Source: an uncultured Veillonellaceae bacterium (GTDB lineage: Bacteria; Bacillota; Negativicutes; JARBTT01). From it: a stretch of 64,000 bases of DNA. The translations under genes and the position numbers were made by a program. Where the stretch lies: contig CAWDTA010000002.1 of NCBI GenBank assembly GCA_963805085.1, positions 1,088,001 through 1,152,000 on the forward strand, given 5' to 3'. Each line of letters begins with the position of its first letter. The stretch's first letter is position 1. Below, in pieces: positions 63,992 through 64,000 of the stretch. Under the pieces are notes generated by a model. That model was not told the origin of the DNA and did no database searches. It was given only the letters and a program-made list of their open reading frames with translations.

Positions 63992-64000
63992 ATGGAGTCG
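63992..64000 (+). CDS. Start of the next gene (runs off the window)
   Basis: RBS GAGGTG followed by ATG GAG TCG at the window end. Confidence 0.4.

Overview
Low-GC genomic window from a probable spore-forming diderm Firmicute (Negativicutes/Sporomusaceae-like; inferred from a TolC/MacAB-type exporter together with BclA-like collagen spore-surface genes). It has three blocks. (1) 1-17.4 kb: the 3' part of a two-module NRPS (C[starter-like]-A-T-E-C-A-T-R; the gene starts upstream of the window), an EntD-type PPTase, a MacAB-TolC-type exporter, an ABC-2 exporter and an SDR. Predicted product: N-acyl-D-Leu(?)-L-Leu aldehyde or alcohol. (2) 17.7-53.4 kb: a compact trans-AT PKS cluster with a PksD-like acyl hydrolase, a PksE-like AT-ER, three PKS genes with six KS domains, a PPTase and an MFS exporter. 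Its module logic (three reducing modules, then keto / reduce / keto plus an atypical hotdog domain and a TEII-like TE) suggests a 6-alkylsalicylate (anacardic-acid-like) product. (3) After a degenerate tRNA-Thr 3' half (probable att scar, 53.5 kb): a spore-surface collagen/glycosylation locus with two BclA-like proteins, four glycosyltransferase-type genes (one resembling the N-terminal domain of animal procollagen galactosyltransferase COLGALT1) and several gene relics. All family assignments come from motif reading and recall, not database searches.
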